Positions 9,884 to 19,688 of a DNA stretch of 64,000 bases are shown in pieces (positions within the stretch are counted from its first letter, which is position 1; each line of letters starts with the position of its first letter). Under the pieces are notes generated by a model, which had not been told where the DNA came from, made no database searches, and was given only the letters and a program-made list of their open reading frames with translations. The stretch lies in NCBI GenBank assembly GCA_013289325.1, contig JABDAE010000002.1, forward strand, positions 1,199 to 65,198. The letters are read 5' to 3'. Source of the stretch: Chlamydiota bacterium. Its GTDB lineage: Bacteria > Chlamydiota > Chlamydiia > Chlamydiales > Parachlamydiaceae. Both the position numbers and the translations under genes were made by a program.

Positions 9884-12800
9884 ATGCGCGCATCTGATAG
9901 ATATCAAATTGCTTTAATCGCTCTTGGCATTGTCGTCACGTTGTTGTTGTCGGTTTTCTTTTACCGCGAAATATTCCCGGAATATAAACTCTATCAAAAT
10001 GACTACATAGCGCTTGAGCAGTTTCGCTCCACATACACCCATGAAGCTTTGCCAGGTTTTAAAACAGGAGTCAAACAACTCGTCTTTGAAAGAGAAGATA
10101 AAGGCCCTGCCAAAATCGATCGCTGCACCTCTTGTCATGTAGCACTTGAACTTCCCCACTTCTCACCTACAACCCTTGCAAAAGATCCAAACGGCAATAT
10201 TATTAAAGATCAAGCGGGCGCTCCCCTACAAGTTCCAAATGAAAATTATGTCTTTAAAAAGCTGCAGGATCAAATTGCGCTTCTTGAAGATAAAAGTGTA
10301 AATCAAAGATTGGAGCAACAAGGGTTAACGTCCGAGTTAAAGGATCGACAAAAACAAGCGGACATATTTAAAAGTTTAATGACAGCAAAAGTTAATGGCC
10401 TTGAATATAATGTCGAAACAGTTCTCAAAATGCACCCATTGATTGGCAACGAAACGCGCCCCTTTGAATTCCACCCCATTGAAGAATATGGCTGTACATC
10501 GTGCCATAGCGGCAATGGGCGAGCTCTTACGACCAATAAAGCCCATGGACCTGTCTTTGATGGCTTTTATGAAGCTGAATTTACCGGCCATAAAAAAGAA
10601 TTTACCGAAAAAGATCCCGATAACGACCCTCAATTTGCAAAAATTTTTAACCATAAGCCAGGTGATGACCTGCTTTTCCAAACAACTCCCATTTTAGTCG
10701 GAAGCTTAATCCAAGCCAAATGTGTGCAGTGTCACATACCAAAAACCCAAGATGAAGCAAAAAACCATGATGATGCAAAAGAGCAAAACATCTCGTTTAA
10801 TGTCGACACCCTCACCAAAGATTTTCAGCGAGGAAAAGAGCTTTTCATTGCGCAAGGCTGCTACGCATGCCATCGCATTGCAAAATTTTCACGCGGTGGA
10901 ATAGGTCCAGATCTGACTCACTCAGGCGATAGCTATCCTTGGTTTTTGAAGAGCAAACTCGTCTCTCCACAAGCCGATCTTAAGACATCGACCATGCCTA
11001 ACTATAAGCTCGATACACGCGAACTTGAAGATCTTATGACCTTTTTGCTAGCGCAAAAAGGGGCTACCAAAGCCGAGTCTGACGTGGAGTATAAAATCGC
11101 CGTCCAAAGGTGGGAAAATACAAAAGAAGGCCTTGAAAAACCACTCAATCCACAAGAACTCTTCAACCTTGAAAAAGGGATGACAATCTTTGCTACGGAA
11201 GGGTGCGCAGCTTGCCATCGTTTGAAGGGGTTTGAATCCGACATCGGCTTTGCTAAAGAAAAAGAGGCAAATGCCTCTTTTGAGGCCCTTTATCAAGAGC
11301 ATGAGTGGTTTCAAAAACTATTTCCAGAAGAGACGCTTGGTTCTTCCATTGTCTCTACCCTCGAAACACATGCCGATGAAATCGATAAGCGCATCGTGAG
11401 CAATGTCAGGCAAGGAAGCTTGTTAGAAAAAATCGAAAAGAACTTTCCAGATCTTATCGAATCATTTTACTCTAATTTTCGCTACGCCTCAAGAGCCAAA
11501 GATCATTACTTCCAAATGGAAATAGGAAAAGCAAAAGAGGGCAATGAAAAGCAATCTCTTTTAAATGCACATGCGGCATGGAAGGAAAAAGTCCATCGCA
11601 TCCTCATGATGTACATCCAAGAGTATGGCTATGGCAGATTGATCGGTCCAAAGCCGAATTGGTCCGGCATTTATAGAACCGATGAGTGGCTGATGGAGCA
11701 TTTCAAAAATCCATCCAGCCATCAGCCAAGATCGATCATGCCGGTATTTCCGTTCGATGAATCAAAATTCTTGAGTTTAACCTTCATGCTCAATGCTATC
11801 GGCAAGAAAAATAAAGACGCTATCGCCTTGATCTTTGAAAAAAATGGGTTTGACCCAGAACTTGCCTACATGATCCACTGCGCCGATTGCCATGGCCATT
11901 ATCTGCAGGGCAATGGGCCAATTGCTGAGTGGATATATCCGATCCCCAAAAACCTTCGCAACGCCAATTTTCTTCGCAACTTGACCAAAGAAAATGCAAT
12001 CGTCTCGATTACGCATGGAGTAAAAGGCACTCCAATGCCACCATGGGGGGAAAATGCAAAAGCGACAGGAGTAAATGATCATGACGGAGTCTTAAATCAT
12101 GAACAAATCAAAAAACTCGTCGATTGGCTTTTTTCTTTTATTCCCAGTGAAAATGCGACCGCAGGGGCTAAAGAGGTTTTGAAATGGAATTATACGGCAA
12201 AAGACGTCATTGAAGAGCTAAGTCTTGAGGGGGCCACTCTTAAAGGGGACACTAAAATACCTTTTGATGAGGATTATAAAGAAAGCACCTTTTTTAACGC
12301 CATAGCTGACGGACAAACTTACATCAAACAAGAGTACTATACAGAAGGAAATATCGAAGCTGGCAAGATGTTTTTCGAATTAAATTGCGCTGTTTGTCAC
12401 GGCAGCGACGCCGATGGAGCCGGAGCTCGGGCCTCCATCATGGTCGATGCCAAGCCGCGTATGCTCACGAATTTGGATTGGCTACATACGCGCGATGACT
12501 TAAGACTGCTTCGCTCCATCAAGTATGGCGTAGCAGGCACCGCAATGACCCCGTGGGGCGACTTTACAAGCTCATTGCAGCGCCTGCAACTCGTCATTTT
12601 TATCAGATCTTTAACTCTTGACAAGCTTGCAAAAGATGCCCTTAATCAAAAAATCTATAGCGCCTTCATCGAACTTCAAAATAAATTAAACGAAATGCGC
12701 TATAAAGAATATCAAGCGATTTCAACCCTTTACCAAAAACAAGAAGATATTAACACGCAGCTAAAACAAGTAGAAAAGATGGCAGGTGTTGATTCAAAAG

Positions 12801-13195
12801 GAGTAGAAAATGCCCTATCTCTTTATCAAAAGATGCTAAGTACCAGCGCAAAGCTTCGGCAAAGGCAGGCGCTCGACTTAAAATTTGTCGATCTTAAAAA
12901 ACAAATCGATAGTGAAAAAGAGCGCTTTTTAAAAGTAGGACAAGAGATCCTCAATAACGGTTTAAAGGATAGCCCAATCTTTACCCTATTTCTTGAGATG
13001 ATTGACAATTCACGCCCAACTGTAGAAGTAGAAAATGACACCCCCTCTTTCAGTGCCACAAAAACTAAACAAGCAACTGAAATCCAAAATAAAATCATTG
13101 CTGCCTTAACTCAGCTAATTGATGACACCAAAAAAGATGAGAGCGCAAAAAAGACTTCCTACAGTAAGCTACGAGAAAGCGTTAAAGGGCTGTAG
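9884..13195 (+). CDS. Membrane-anchored multihaem cytochrome c (seven CxxCH motifs) with long C-terminal coiled-coil-like tail
   Basis: N-terminal TM helix. CxxCH motifs: CTSCH twice, CVQCH, CYACH, CAACH, CADCH, CAVCH. The last ~270 aa are K/E/Q-rich. It starts 6 nt after cytochrome b. Confidence 0.8.
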   Translation: MRASDRYQIALIALGIVVTLLLSVFFYREIFPEYKLYQNDYIALEQFRSTYTHEALPGFKTGVKQLVFEREDKGPAKIDRCTSCHVALELPHFSPTTLAKDPNGNIIKDQAGAPLQVPNENYVFKKLQDQIALLEDKSVNQRLEQQGLTSELKDRQKQADIFKSLMTAKVNGLEYNVETVLKMHPLIGNETRPFEFHPIEEYGCTSCHSGNGRALTTNKAHGPVFDGFYEAEFTGHKKEFTEKDPDNDPQFAKIFNHKPGDDLLFQTTPILVGSLIQAKCVQCHIPKTQDEAKNHDDAKEQNISFNVDTLTKDFQRGKELFIAQGCYACHRIAKFSRGGIGPDLTHSGDSYPWFLKSKLVSPQADLKTSTMPNYKLDTRELEDLMTFLLAQKGATKAESDVEYKIAVQRWENTKEGLEKPLNPQELFNLEKGMTIFATEGCAACHRLKGFESDIGFAKEKEANASFEALYQEHEWFQKLFPEETLGSSIVSTLETHADEIDKRIVSNVRQGSLLEKIEKNFPDLIESFYSNFRYASRAKDHYFQMEIGKAKEGNEKQSLLNAHAAWKEKVHRILMMYIQEYGYGRLIGPKPNWSGIYRTDEWLMEHFKNPSSHQPRSIMPVFPFDESKFLSLTFMLNAIGKKNKDAIALIFEKNGFDPELAYMIHCADCHGHYLQGNGPIAEWIYPIPKNLRNANFLRNLTKENAIVSITHGVKGTPMPPWGENAKATGVNDHDGVLNHEQIKKLVDWLFSFIPSENATAGAKEVLKWNYTAKDVIEELSLEGATLKGDTKIPFDEDYKESTFFNAIADGQTYIKQEYYTEGNIEAGKMFFELNCAVCHGSDADGAGARASIMVDAKPRMLTNLDWLHTRDDLRLLRSIKYGVAGTAMTPWGDFTSSLQRLQLVIFIRSLTLDKLAKDALNQKIYSAFIELQNKLNEMRYKEYQAISTLYQKQEDINTQLKQVEKMAGVDSKGVENALSLYQKMLSTSAKLRQRQALDLKFVDLKKQIDSEKERFLKVGQEILNNGLKDSPIFTLFLEMIDNSRPTVEVENDTPSFSATKTKQATEIQNKIIAALTQLIDDTKKDESAKKTSYSKLRESVKGL

Positions 13196-13216
13196 CGTAA
13201 TTTAAGCAAGAAGCTT

Positions 13217-14197
13217 TTAGGCATAATGGAGTTTCAATGTTCCACTTTGAATCTCCTGAAGAGTCTTGCGATTCGCGTGGACTCTAGTCTCTGATGGAGG
13301 ATGAGAACTAAACAACTGAATCCCTTTTTTCACAAGGCTTGCCTTGCCTCCACTTTCGCCTTTTTCCATGGCCACAAATTTTTTTTGAAGCCATACCGAA
13401 GCCAAAGGGTTATATCCGGCTGAATGCGCAAGGAGCATTCCATATTTATCAGCTTCAAATTCGTTGCATCGACTATGGGATTGTATAAACAAATGGGAGG
13501 CAAGTGAGCACGCTACATCAATTCCTTTGCCAAGAGCTTCTTTTGCGTGTTTATTTACCTTTGTTTGTGGACAAGTATTATCATCTTGTGTGGCTCTTCG
13601 TTTAAATAACAAGTGAGGCAAGACAGTACTTGTTATTTTTCCTGCACAAAATGTCAAAATTTTTAGCTGCATCTTCATCGCCCCATGCCCTGCTGCAGCA
13701 TGGATAATTTCATGTCCCATGACCGCAGCAATTTTATCCTCAAATGTGATGTCAGGAAATTCTCTATCAAAATCCGAAGGTTCTTCAAGTGCTTGAATCA
13801 TGGCTGTTGTGATCACGGTAAATCCGCCGGGAAGACAATAGGCGTTTGTGGTGTCATCATCATGCAGCACTCTCACCTGATAGGTGATATTTTTTCGCTG
13901 CACTTGTGCTACAAGATTATCGAATACAGTTGATACTTGAGTATTCCATGTTGCATTAGTGCACATTTGCTCTTTTGGACAAACACTATCGTAGCTTACT
14001 TTACCTACTAGCCTCTCAACTGCAGTGGGAATGAGTCTGATTTGTCTTTTCTCTGTAATTGGATTTTTGGGCAGCACTAAATTATAAATCTTGATCGCTA
14101 AATTGCGAATTTTTATCCCCACATGTTGCATCCCTTTATAGGGACGGCTATTTACAACCTGCTTGACAATGCATGGACTAAAGCTACCTATTTTCAT
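13217..14197 (-). CDS. M48-family zinc metallopeptidase
   Basis: HEIIHAAAGH (HExxH) motif with a downstream E (EFEADKYG), typical of the M48/HtpX-like fold. Confidence 0.7.
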   Translation of the reverse strand: MKIGSFSPCIVKQVVNSRPYKGMQHVGIKIRNLAIKIYNLVLPKNPITEKRQIRLIPTAVERLVGKVSYDSVCPKEQMCTNATWNTQVSTVFDNLVAQVQRKNITYQVRVLHDDDTTNAYCLPGGFTVITTAMIQALEEPSDFDREFPDITFEDKIAAVMGHEIIHAAAGHGAMKMQLKILTFCAGKITSTVLPHLLFKRRATQDDNTCPQTKVNKHAKEALGKGIDVACSLASHLFIQSHSRCNEFEADKYGMLLAHSAGYNPLASVWLQKKFVAMEKGESGGKASLVKKGIQLFSSHPPSETRVHANRKTLQEIQSGTLKLHYA

Positions 14198-14280
14198 CTC
14201 TACCCCTCTTTTTTTTCTCGCTCTCTTTTATTTTCCGGAAGTATGAATCTCTTTTGTTAAGATTTGATAAACTGCTTAAA

Positions 14281-14443
14281 CCTAAATCCGGCAGTTGGAG
14301 ACGGCAACTTAACGCAATCTCTTGAACCAGAATCATTTGCAATGGGGTGGTCCTTCACCCTCTGGGAATGTCCCACCCCATTGCAAAGTGATTCTAATTC
14401 AAGATCTTGCATTAATTTGCCATCTCGAACTGCCGGATCTAGG
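14281..14443 (-). mobile_element. 163-bp palindromic MITE-like element, copy 1 (intergenic; TSD TTAAA)
   Basis: Runs cctaaatccggcag...ctgccggatctagg. The 5-mer ttaaa occurs at 14276-14280 and 14444-14448. The strand given is the one carrying the ETAVRD reading mode. Confidence 0.9.
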
Positions 14444-14501
14444 TTAAAAAAATTATGCAAGAGGTTCTTTAATAGCGCTTTGACTTAATTGATGATACGC
14501 C

Positions 14502-14942
14502 TTAATATTTTTGACAGTATTTTTTCACCCTACTCACAGTATCTAAGATCTTCGGGGTGTTTAAGAATACACTCTTATATATCTCTGAAAGGTCCTCCAA
14601 AAGATATTCATGAGCAATTGCATTTCTTGTTTCTCTAATTTTTGAAAAAATTTCAGCACTTTCTATAATCCCAAGCTTCTCTGCTCGATTGATACTATCT
14701 CGAACGGTCTCTTGCGGTTCATAATCGAGTTGGTTGATAAGTCGAAAAATTTTTCTTATGAGCAGATCGCTTAACCGTGCAAAACGACTGGTTAAAGCCT
14801 CTAAGTGTATGAGTTCTAAAAATGAGTACTCCTTTTTTAGTCCTATAGATTGACACTTCAAAAACGTTTCAGAGAGAACATCTGATGCATGGTTTAAAGC
14901 TTTAAGTTCCTTCATTAGGAGTTTTTTTTCATTCTCAGTCAC
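14502..14942 (-). CDS. hepT: HEPN-domain toxin (HepT/DUF86-like)
   Basis: Rx4H motif in ETRNAIAHEY. Overlaps the upstream nucleotidyltransferase gene by 4 nt. Confidence 0.8.
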   Translation of the reverse strand: MTENEKKLLMKELKALNHASDVLSETFLKCQSIGLKKEYSFLELIHLEALTSRFARLSDLLIRKIFRLINQLDYEPQETVRDSINRAEKLGIIESAEIFSKIRETRNAIAHEYLLEDLSEIYKSVFLNTPKILDTVSRVKKYCQKY

Positions 14943-15220
14943 AAAGCAATCCCCTCTTCGAGTGCAATTTTTACAAATGGATCCGAGTCGTCTTTTGCGA
15001 TCGTAATATCGATCCGCTGCTCTTCAATCTGTTTAAAAATTTCTGTCTTGATTGCGGCTTTATCTAAAAAGGTTAAAAAATTTGAAAAAATTAACAAGTC
15101 GATATCCCCACCTTTTTTTTCATCATGCACTCTAGAGCCAAAAAGAAAAATTTGAGCATTTGGATCCAGTCTATGAACAGCTGACTTGATAATTAAAACT
15201 TCATCTTTCTTAAGTCGCAT
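14939..15220 (-). CDS. mntA: Minimal nucleotidyltransferase antitoxin (MntA-like)
   Basis: GSRVHDEKKGGDIDLLI (GSx..DxD) motif. The ATG at 15220 is preceded by GGAGGAGG; the track start at 15241 is a TTG. Confidence 0.8.
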   Translation of the reverse strand: MRLKKDEVLIIKSAVHRLDPNAQIFLFGSRVHDEKKGGDIDLLIFSNFLTFLDKAAIKTEIFKQIEEQRIDITIAKDDSDPFVKIALEEGIAL

Positions 15221-15283
15221 TTGCCTCCTCCTCTCCACCAAATAAATTTAGCAAGTTATGAATTCTTTAAGCAATCATAAATA

Positions 15284-15302
15284 CGAAACTGCCGGATCTA
15301 GG
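15284..15302 (-). repeat. Solo terminus of the 163-bp element (19 nt) plus the same flank as copy 1
   Basis: cgaaactgccggatctagg+ttaaaa (15284-15308) versus cgaactgccggatctagg+ttaaaa (14426-14449). Confidence 0.8.
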
Positions 15303-16283
15303 TTAAAACACCCAGCCTATATTGACAGCAGCGCCAACATCGTTTCTTGTTTGCTTGCCAAATAAGTGTTGATAAAGAGGCACCTGTATCCCTCCTTGTA
15401 TAAAGAAACGCTTGATCGTCGCAAACGTTAAAGAAGGGGTGACATAGATGACATTGCCACCTGAATTGTGATCTGTCTTTCCATCGATCCGATTTCTATC
15501 TGCCAAGGTCCCACTTCCTTCAATGAGCCAGCTAAGGTACCAATCGTCACTGCTTACAATCATCCTTCCAATACCCCCTTGATAAAGAAATTGGCTTCCA
15601 AATCTTGTGCCTTGATTAGAGCCGTTCCATATCCCCCCTGTAGAGGCAAAGTAATACCAATCAAATGTCATGCGATTATAGGTAAATCCAAGAAAGCAGC
15701 TGCATTGTCCATCTCCTGTTGGTGGGCTTTTCTTGGTAGAACCCGTTGGGAATGTCACATTAGCCACAACGCTTGCCTCATCGGAGCTGTCTTTTTTATT
15801 TTTTGTATAAAAGCCATACTCGACCTGAAGAAGTAAGTCTTGTATGCCGCTGCTATGGTCTTCACCTTGGCGGAGTTTCACGGCATCGGGCGCTGCAAAA
15901 AATAGGGAAAAGGTATCGGTCACCCCATACACAAAAGTGGGATTGATAATAGCTGCGTATTGTTTATGTCCTTTGATATAGCTTCCGACTAAAATTGCCT
16001 GCAGCTGCCCTTTGTCGACAAAATTTTGGCCAAAAGCAATAAGAGGGCCTGGCTGCTGGGAAGTGGGAAAGGCTAAAAACCCAATTTTTAAAGGCTCATC
16101 ATCTTTCTTTTCTTCTTGATCTTTCTTATCTTCCTCTTTTTTGGAATCACTTGAGTCTATTGAACCGTCCTTTTGACATTTGTCCCCATCCTCAATAGCC
16201 TCAAGATTAAAATGTTGCCAAGCAAAAAAAGTTGTCAAAAAAACAAGTGCTCGTACATATTTGGCAGGTAAATGCATTGTCAT
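15303..16283 (-). CDS. Putative outer-membrane beta-barrel protein
   Basis: Signal-like N-terminus and an acidic/Lys low-complexity linker. Alternating beta-strand pattern. C-terminal ...NIGWVF with terminal Phe. The specific family is not resolved. Confidence 0.45.
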   Translation of the reverse strand: MTMHLPAKYVRALVFLTTFFAWQHFNLEAIEDGDKCQKDGSIDSSDSKKEEDKKDQEEKKDDEPLKIGFLAFPTSQQPGPLIAFGQNFVDKGQLQAILVGSYIKGHKQYAAIINPTFVYGVTDTFSLFFAAPDAVKLRQGEDHSSGIQDLLLQVEYGFYTKNKKDSSDEASVVANVTFPTGSTKKSPPTGDGQCSCFLGFTYNRMTFDWYYFASTGGIWNGSNQGTRFGSQFLYQGGIGRMIVSSDDWYLSWLIEGSGTLADRNRIDGKTDHNSGGNVIYVTPSLTFATIKRFFIQGGIQVPLYQHLFGKQTRNDVGAAVNIGWVF

Positions 16284-17506
16284 TGACCTTTTTTTGTAAC
16301 AATAGAAGTCACTGTTTTATCGTTTCCACCCATGCTGATCAACATCCCAAATTCAGATTTCATGGCCACTTGATTGGATGCAACGCCAATTGATTGATGA
16401 AGAAGATCGACGAGTTGACGCACGCCTGTCGCCCCCGTCGGATGGCCAAAGCCGATTAATCCCCCAGATAAATTGGTCGGGATTTTGCCTTGCGCCCTAG
16501 TATTTCCCTCGATGATAAACTCTGCAGCTTTTCCTTTTTCTGCAAATCCTATCGCCTCAAGAGAAAGAAGCGCTGTAATCGTAAAGCAATCGTGCACCTC
16601 TAAAAGTGCAAGATCATCTTTTGTGATCTTAGCCTCTTGCAAGGCCTTTTGGACTGCATTTGCGGTATTTGAAAGCGATGATGTATCTAATGGGCCTTGC
16701 GTTATATCTGATTCTGATTCCCCAATTCCGACAATTTCAACAGCGTCCTTTAATGGAATGCCGCAAGCACTTAAGCCGTCTATTGAGGCGATAATTAATG
16801 AGGCGGCCCCATCGGAAACTTTTGAGCAATCAAAATGGTTGAGATGGGAAACAAATGTATAAGGATTTGGCGGCGTCATTCCAACTGCAAAAAGATCTGC
16901 TTTTTTATTCTCAAACTCTTGCGCTTTTGGATTTTTCCGCGCATTGAGAATGGCCTGCTCGTACCACTTGGCCATGGCAATTCTTGCATTTTTTTCCCCA
17001 TAGCGCTCAAAATAAGCCTTTGCGCGCTCCGAAAATATACTTGGAAAAAGGTGGGCTGCTCCCTTTTTTCTTTCCCCTGCATAATACGCAGCTCCTGCCA
17101 AGACATCTGCCCCATAGATTGGCTTCAAGGTATTTTGCATCTCAAATCCCGCGACAAAGACAGCGTCGGCGCATTCGGCTAACACACTTTTAACAGCGGT
17201 TGTAATGGCCTTTCCCCCGGTTCCGCACGCCCCTTCAACTCCTATACAAGACTTTCCTTCTAACTCTTTCACCATAAATGGCAAAAAGCCTGGCAAATTT
17301 GCCTGATTGATAAACCTGGCAGACATAAAACTGCCGATGACACCCTCATCAATTGCGTTTGTTTTTAGATGTGATAAGGTCCCTTTAGCCGTTTCTTTTA
17401 AATACTCTTCAAAAGATCGATTGGGCCCTTTCACATTAAATTCACTTCTACCAGGCCCAGAGAATATGGTTGTATTCCCGGCTGCCGCATAAACTTTCTT
17501 ACGCAT
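16280..17506 (-). CDS. Thiolase-like protein (SCP-x / acetyl-CoA acetyltransferase family)
   Basis: 408 aa. GVEGACGTGG active-site Cys region. C-terminal GLIGFGHPTGATG thiolase signature. Confidence 0.75.
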   Translation of the reverse strand: MRKKVYAAAGNTTIFSGPGRSEFNVKGPNRSFEEYLKETAKGTLSHLKTNAIDEGVIGSFMSARFINQANLPGFLPFMVKELEGKSCIGVEGACGTGGKAITTAVKSVLAECADAVFVAGFEMQNTLKPIYGADVLAGAAYYAGERKKGAAHLFPSIFSERAKAYFERYGEKNARIAMAKWYEQAILNARKNPKAQEFENKKADLFAVGMTPPNPYTFVSHLNHFDCSKVSDGAASLIIASIDGLSACGIPLKDAVEIVGIGESESDITQGPLDTSSLSNTANAVQKALQEAKITKDDLALLEVHDCFTITALLSLEAIGFAEKGKAAEFIIEGNTRAQGKIPTNLSGGLIGFGHPTGATGVRQLVDLLHQSIGVASNQVAMKSEFGMLISMGGNDKTVTSIVTKKGQ

Positions 17507-18710
17507 TGCCTATCCTTTCTTTAAGAGAAAACTCTGCAACTCCATATAAATGATAAAAACCGTGCATCAAGACCAAGCTCACATCGCTTAAAGCTTTTGC
17601 CACTTTGCTATCGACAAGTCCTTTTGCAATTTGCAGCGATTGCTCTAAAAATTGCTGAGCGATTGCGGCCTCTTGCCCCTTAAGAGATGAAAAATGGAGC
17701 TTTAATTTCTCGTTTCGCTCTTCTTGCACCATTTTGGAAGCGGACTTCCAATTAAGATCGCAAGATGCTCTATCTACAACTGTTAAATCCACTTGTCCGA
17801 TTATTTTTAAGTTCTTCACCATCGCATCAAAGAGGTGTGCCTCGCTTGGTAAAAAGCGGCTCATCACTTTTGCAATATGGCAGCATACATCTATGCCTAC
17901 ATAACGGATAAGTTCAAAGATCCCCATCGGACGCACTAAGGCCTCTTTAGTGACGCAATTGATAAGCTTGACTGCCTTTTCTAAGGGCATTTCTTTACAG
18001 AGTTCCATTGCCATGTGGCAAGCGAAAGCGATTTCTCTGATGAAATGACCATTGCCGATAAAACCTGCGACATCTTCGGACTCAACGACTGTCTTCTTCC
18101 ATACTTTGGCAAGGTGAAAAGCTAAGGAACAAAGGGTTGGGTCTGTTCCTTTGGGGATGATAATCTCAAGCAGCTTTTGCACAGCTGGTGGATTGTAAAA
18201 GTGATAGCCGATGAGGCGATTGCCAATTGTCGATTCCCTTTGTAAAAATCCAATTGGGATAGAGGAGGTATTTGTAAAAAAATACGCTTGTCCCTTTGTC
18301 ACGTCAAAGACGTCTTTTAAAATCTGAAGCTTTTCATTTACATCTTCGATGATCGCTTCAAAGACCATGGATGCGCCGTTTAAGTCAGCAATAGACCGCG
18401 TACAAAAGACCCTATCTATCGCATCTTGAAGGAGTGTATCGATCATCTCCTTATTGCTCACTAAATCTTGTCTGTCGGCATAAAACGCGCGAACGGCTTC
18501 GATGTTTTTCTCTAAGTGTTTGAGCAAGTGTTCTCTTAAGTAACGCCTTAAATCGTAAAAAGCGCTTTGCTTGAGATCTTGCAACATCAAAATCGAAGAG
18601 GGAACAAACGCCATTTCACATAGAAGCAGTAGAGCAATCCCCTTTCCCATCTTTCCCGCAGCTCCTAGTACTGCTACCTTCGACCAAGGAATAGCGATCT
18701 CGTTTTTCAT
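17499..18710 (-). CDS. 3-hydroxyacyl-CoA dehydrogenase family protein
   Basis: VAVLGAAGKMGKGIA NAD-binding loop. GYHFYNPPAVQKLLEII motif. Confidence 0.75.
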   Translation of the reverse strand: MKNEIAIPWSKVAVLGAAGKMGKGIALLLLCEMAFVPSSILMLQDLKQSAFYDLRRYLREHLLKHLEKNIEAVRAFYADRQDLVSNKEMIDTLLQDAIDRVFCTRSIADLNGASMVFEAIIEDVNEKLQILKDVFDVTKGQAYFFTNTSSIPIGFLQRESTIGNRLIGYHFYNPPAVQKLLEIIIPKGTDPTLCSLAFHLAKVWKKTVVESEDVAGFIGNGHFIREIAFACHMAMELCKEMPLEKAVKLINCVTKEALVRPMGIFELIRYVGIDVCCHIAKVMSRFLPSEAHLFDAMVKNLKIIGQVDLTVVDRASCDLNWKSASKMVQEERNEKLKLHFSSLKGQEAAIAQQFLEQSLQIAKGLVDSKVAKALSDVSLVLMHGFYHLYGVAEFSLKERIGNA

Positions 18711-19462
18711 TTTAAAAACCTCTTAAACCCTTCGATCCGCCCTGGGGAATTAAAACACTCCACAAATAGATTTCTCTCAAGATCTAAACCCACATCAAGG
18801 GGCATTTCAGCGCCATCGTTAATCGCTTGCTTTGCCTTGGCAATCGCCAATTCTGAATGACAAGTCAAAGATTGCAAATAATGGCTACACTCTTGAATAA
18901 GATTTGCCTTATCGCATAGACGATTGGCGATATGAAGTTCTAATGCTTTTTTTCCATCGATGGTTTTTCCCGAGATAATCAGCTCTTTTGCAAGGCGTGT
19001 TCCGACAGTTCTAAGCAGTCTTTGCGTGCCCCCAAAGCCCGGGATAATCCCTAAGCTGACTTCCGGAAAGCCAAATTTGGCCTCATGCGATGCGAAAATA
19101 TAATCACAGGCAAGCGCCATCTCAAAGCCCCCTCCCAATGCATATCCCTGCACAGCAGCACATGTTAAAAATGAGGCACTCTCCAATGCATCTGCCACCT
19201 CTTGGCCAAGTGAACAAAACTGCAAGATTTCATGATTGCTCATCGTCGACATCTCTTTGATGTCGGCACCTGCAATAAATGCCTTATCCCCATCGCCTGT
19301 TAAAATGAGCGCTTGGTAGCGTTTATCCAGTTCGACTTGATGTAGATAAGTGAGCAGCTCTTGCAGCACTTCTTGATTCAAGGCATTTAACTGTGCCGCT
19401 CGCGATATCTTCACAACTGCAATGTTCCCTTGAGATTCAACCGTCAAATATTTCATTTTCAT
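18707..19462 (-). CDS. Enoyl-CoA hydratase (crotonase family)
   Basis: FIAGADIKEM, GYALGGGFEMALACD and PEVSLGIIPGFGGTQRL motifs. Confidence 0.9.
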   Translation of the reverse strand: MKMKYLTVESQGNIAVVKISRAAQLNALNQEVLQELLTYLHQVELDKRYQALILTGDGDKAFIAGADIKEMSTMSNHEILQFCSLGQEVADALESASFLTCAAVQGYALGGGFEMALACDYIFASHEAKFGFPEVSLGIIPGFGGTQRLLRTVGTRLAKELIISGKTIDGKKALELHIANRLCDKANLIQECSHYLQSLTCHSELAIAKAKQAINDGAEMPLDVGLDLERNLFVECFNSPGRIEGFKRFLK

Positions 19463-19688
19463 CGCCTTTCCACTAGAGATTTTTCAATGACCTTTATATA
19501 TCAATTAATTGAAAGGAAGGCTAGGAATTTTTAATAACAGCAACTTCACAATTGGTAATGCCACGAGGATTCCCCCAACAGGAAGTTCCAATAGCGTCAA
19601 CTTAATAGTTACACAAATGATGTTTAATAGAATAGACATTCAATAATAAATCGTGTAAAATAAAAAAAATCATAACAAAACAAAAAAT

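Noticed and set aside
14257-14488. Short ORFs on both strands across each repeat (14257..14460, 14264..14488, 24040..24264, 34530..34787, 34591..34791, 42416..42724, 42528..42788, 49317..49604, 61792..62091, 62176..62397)
   Set aside because: They are the two stop-free frames of the element itself extended into flanking DNA. They are not independent genes. They have no RBS and no conserved starts, and half of them are antisense to well-supported CDS.
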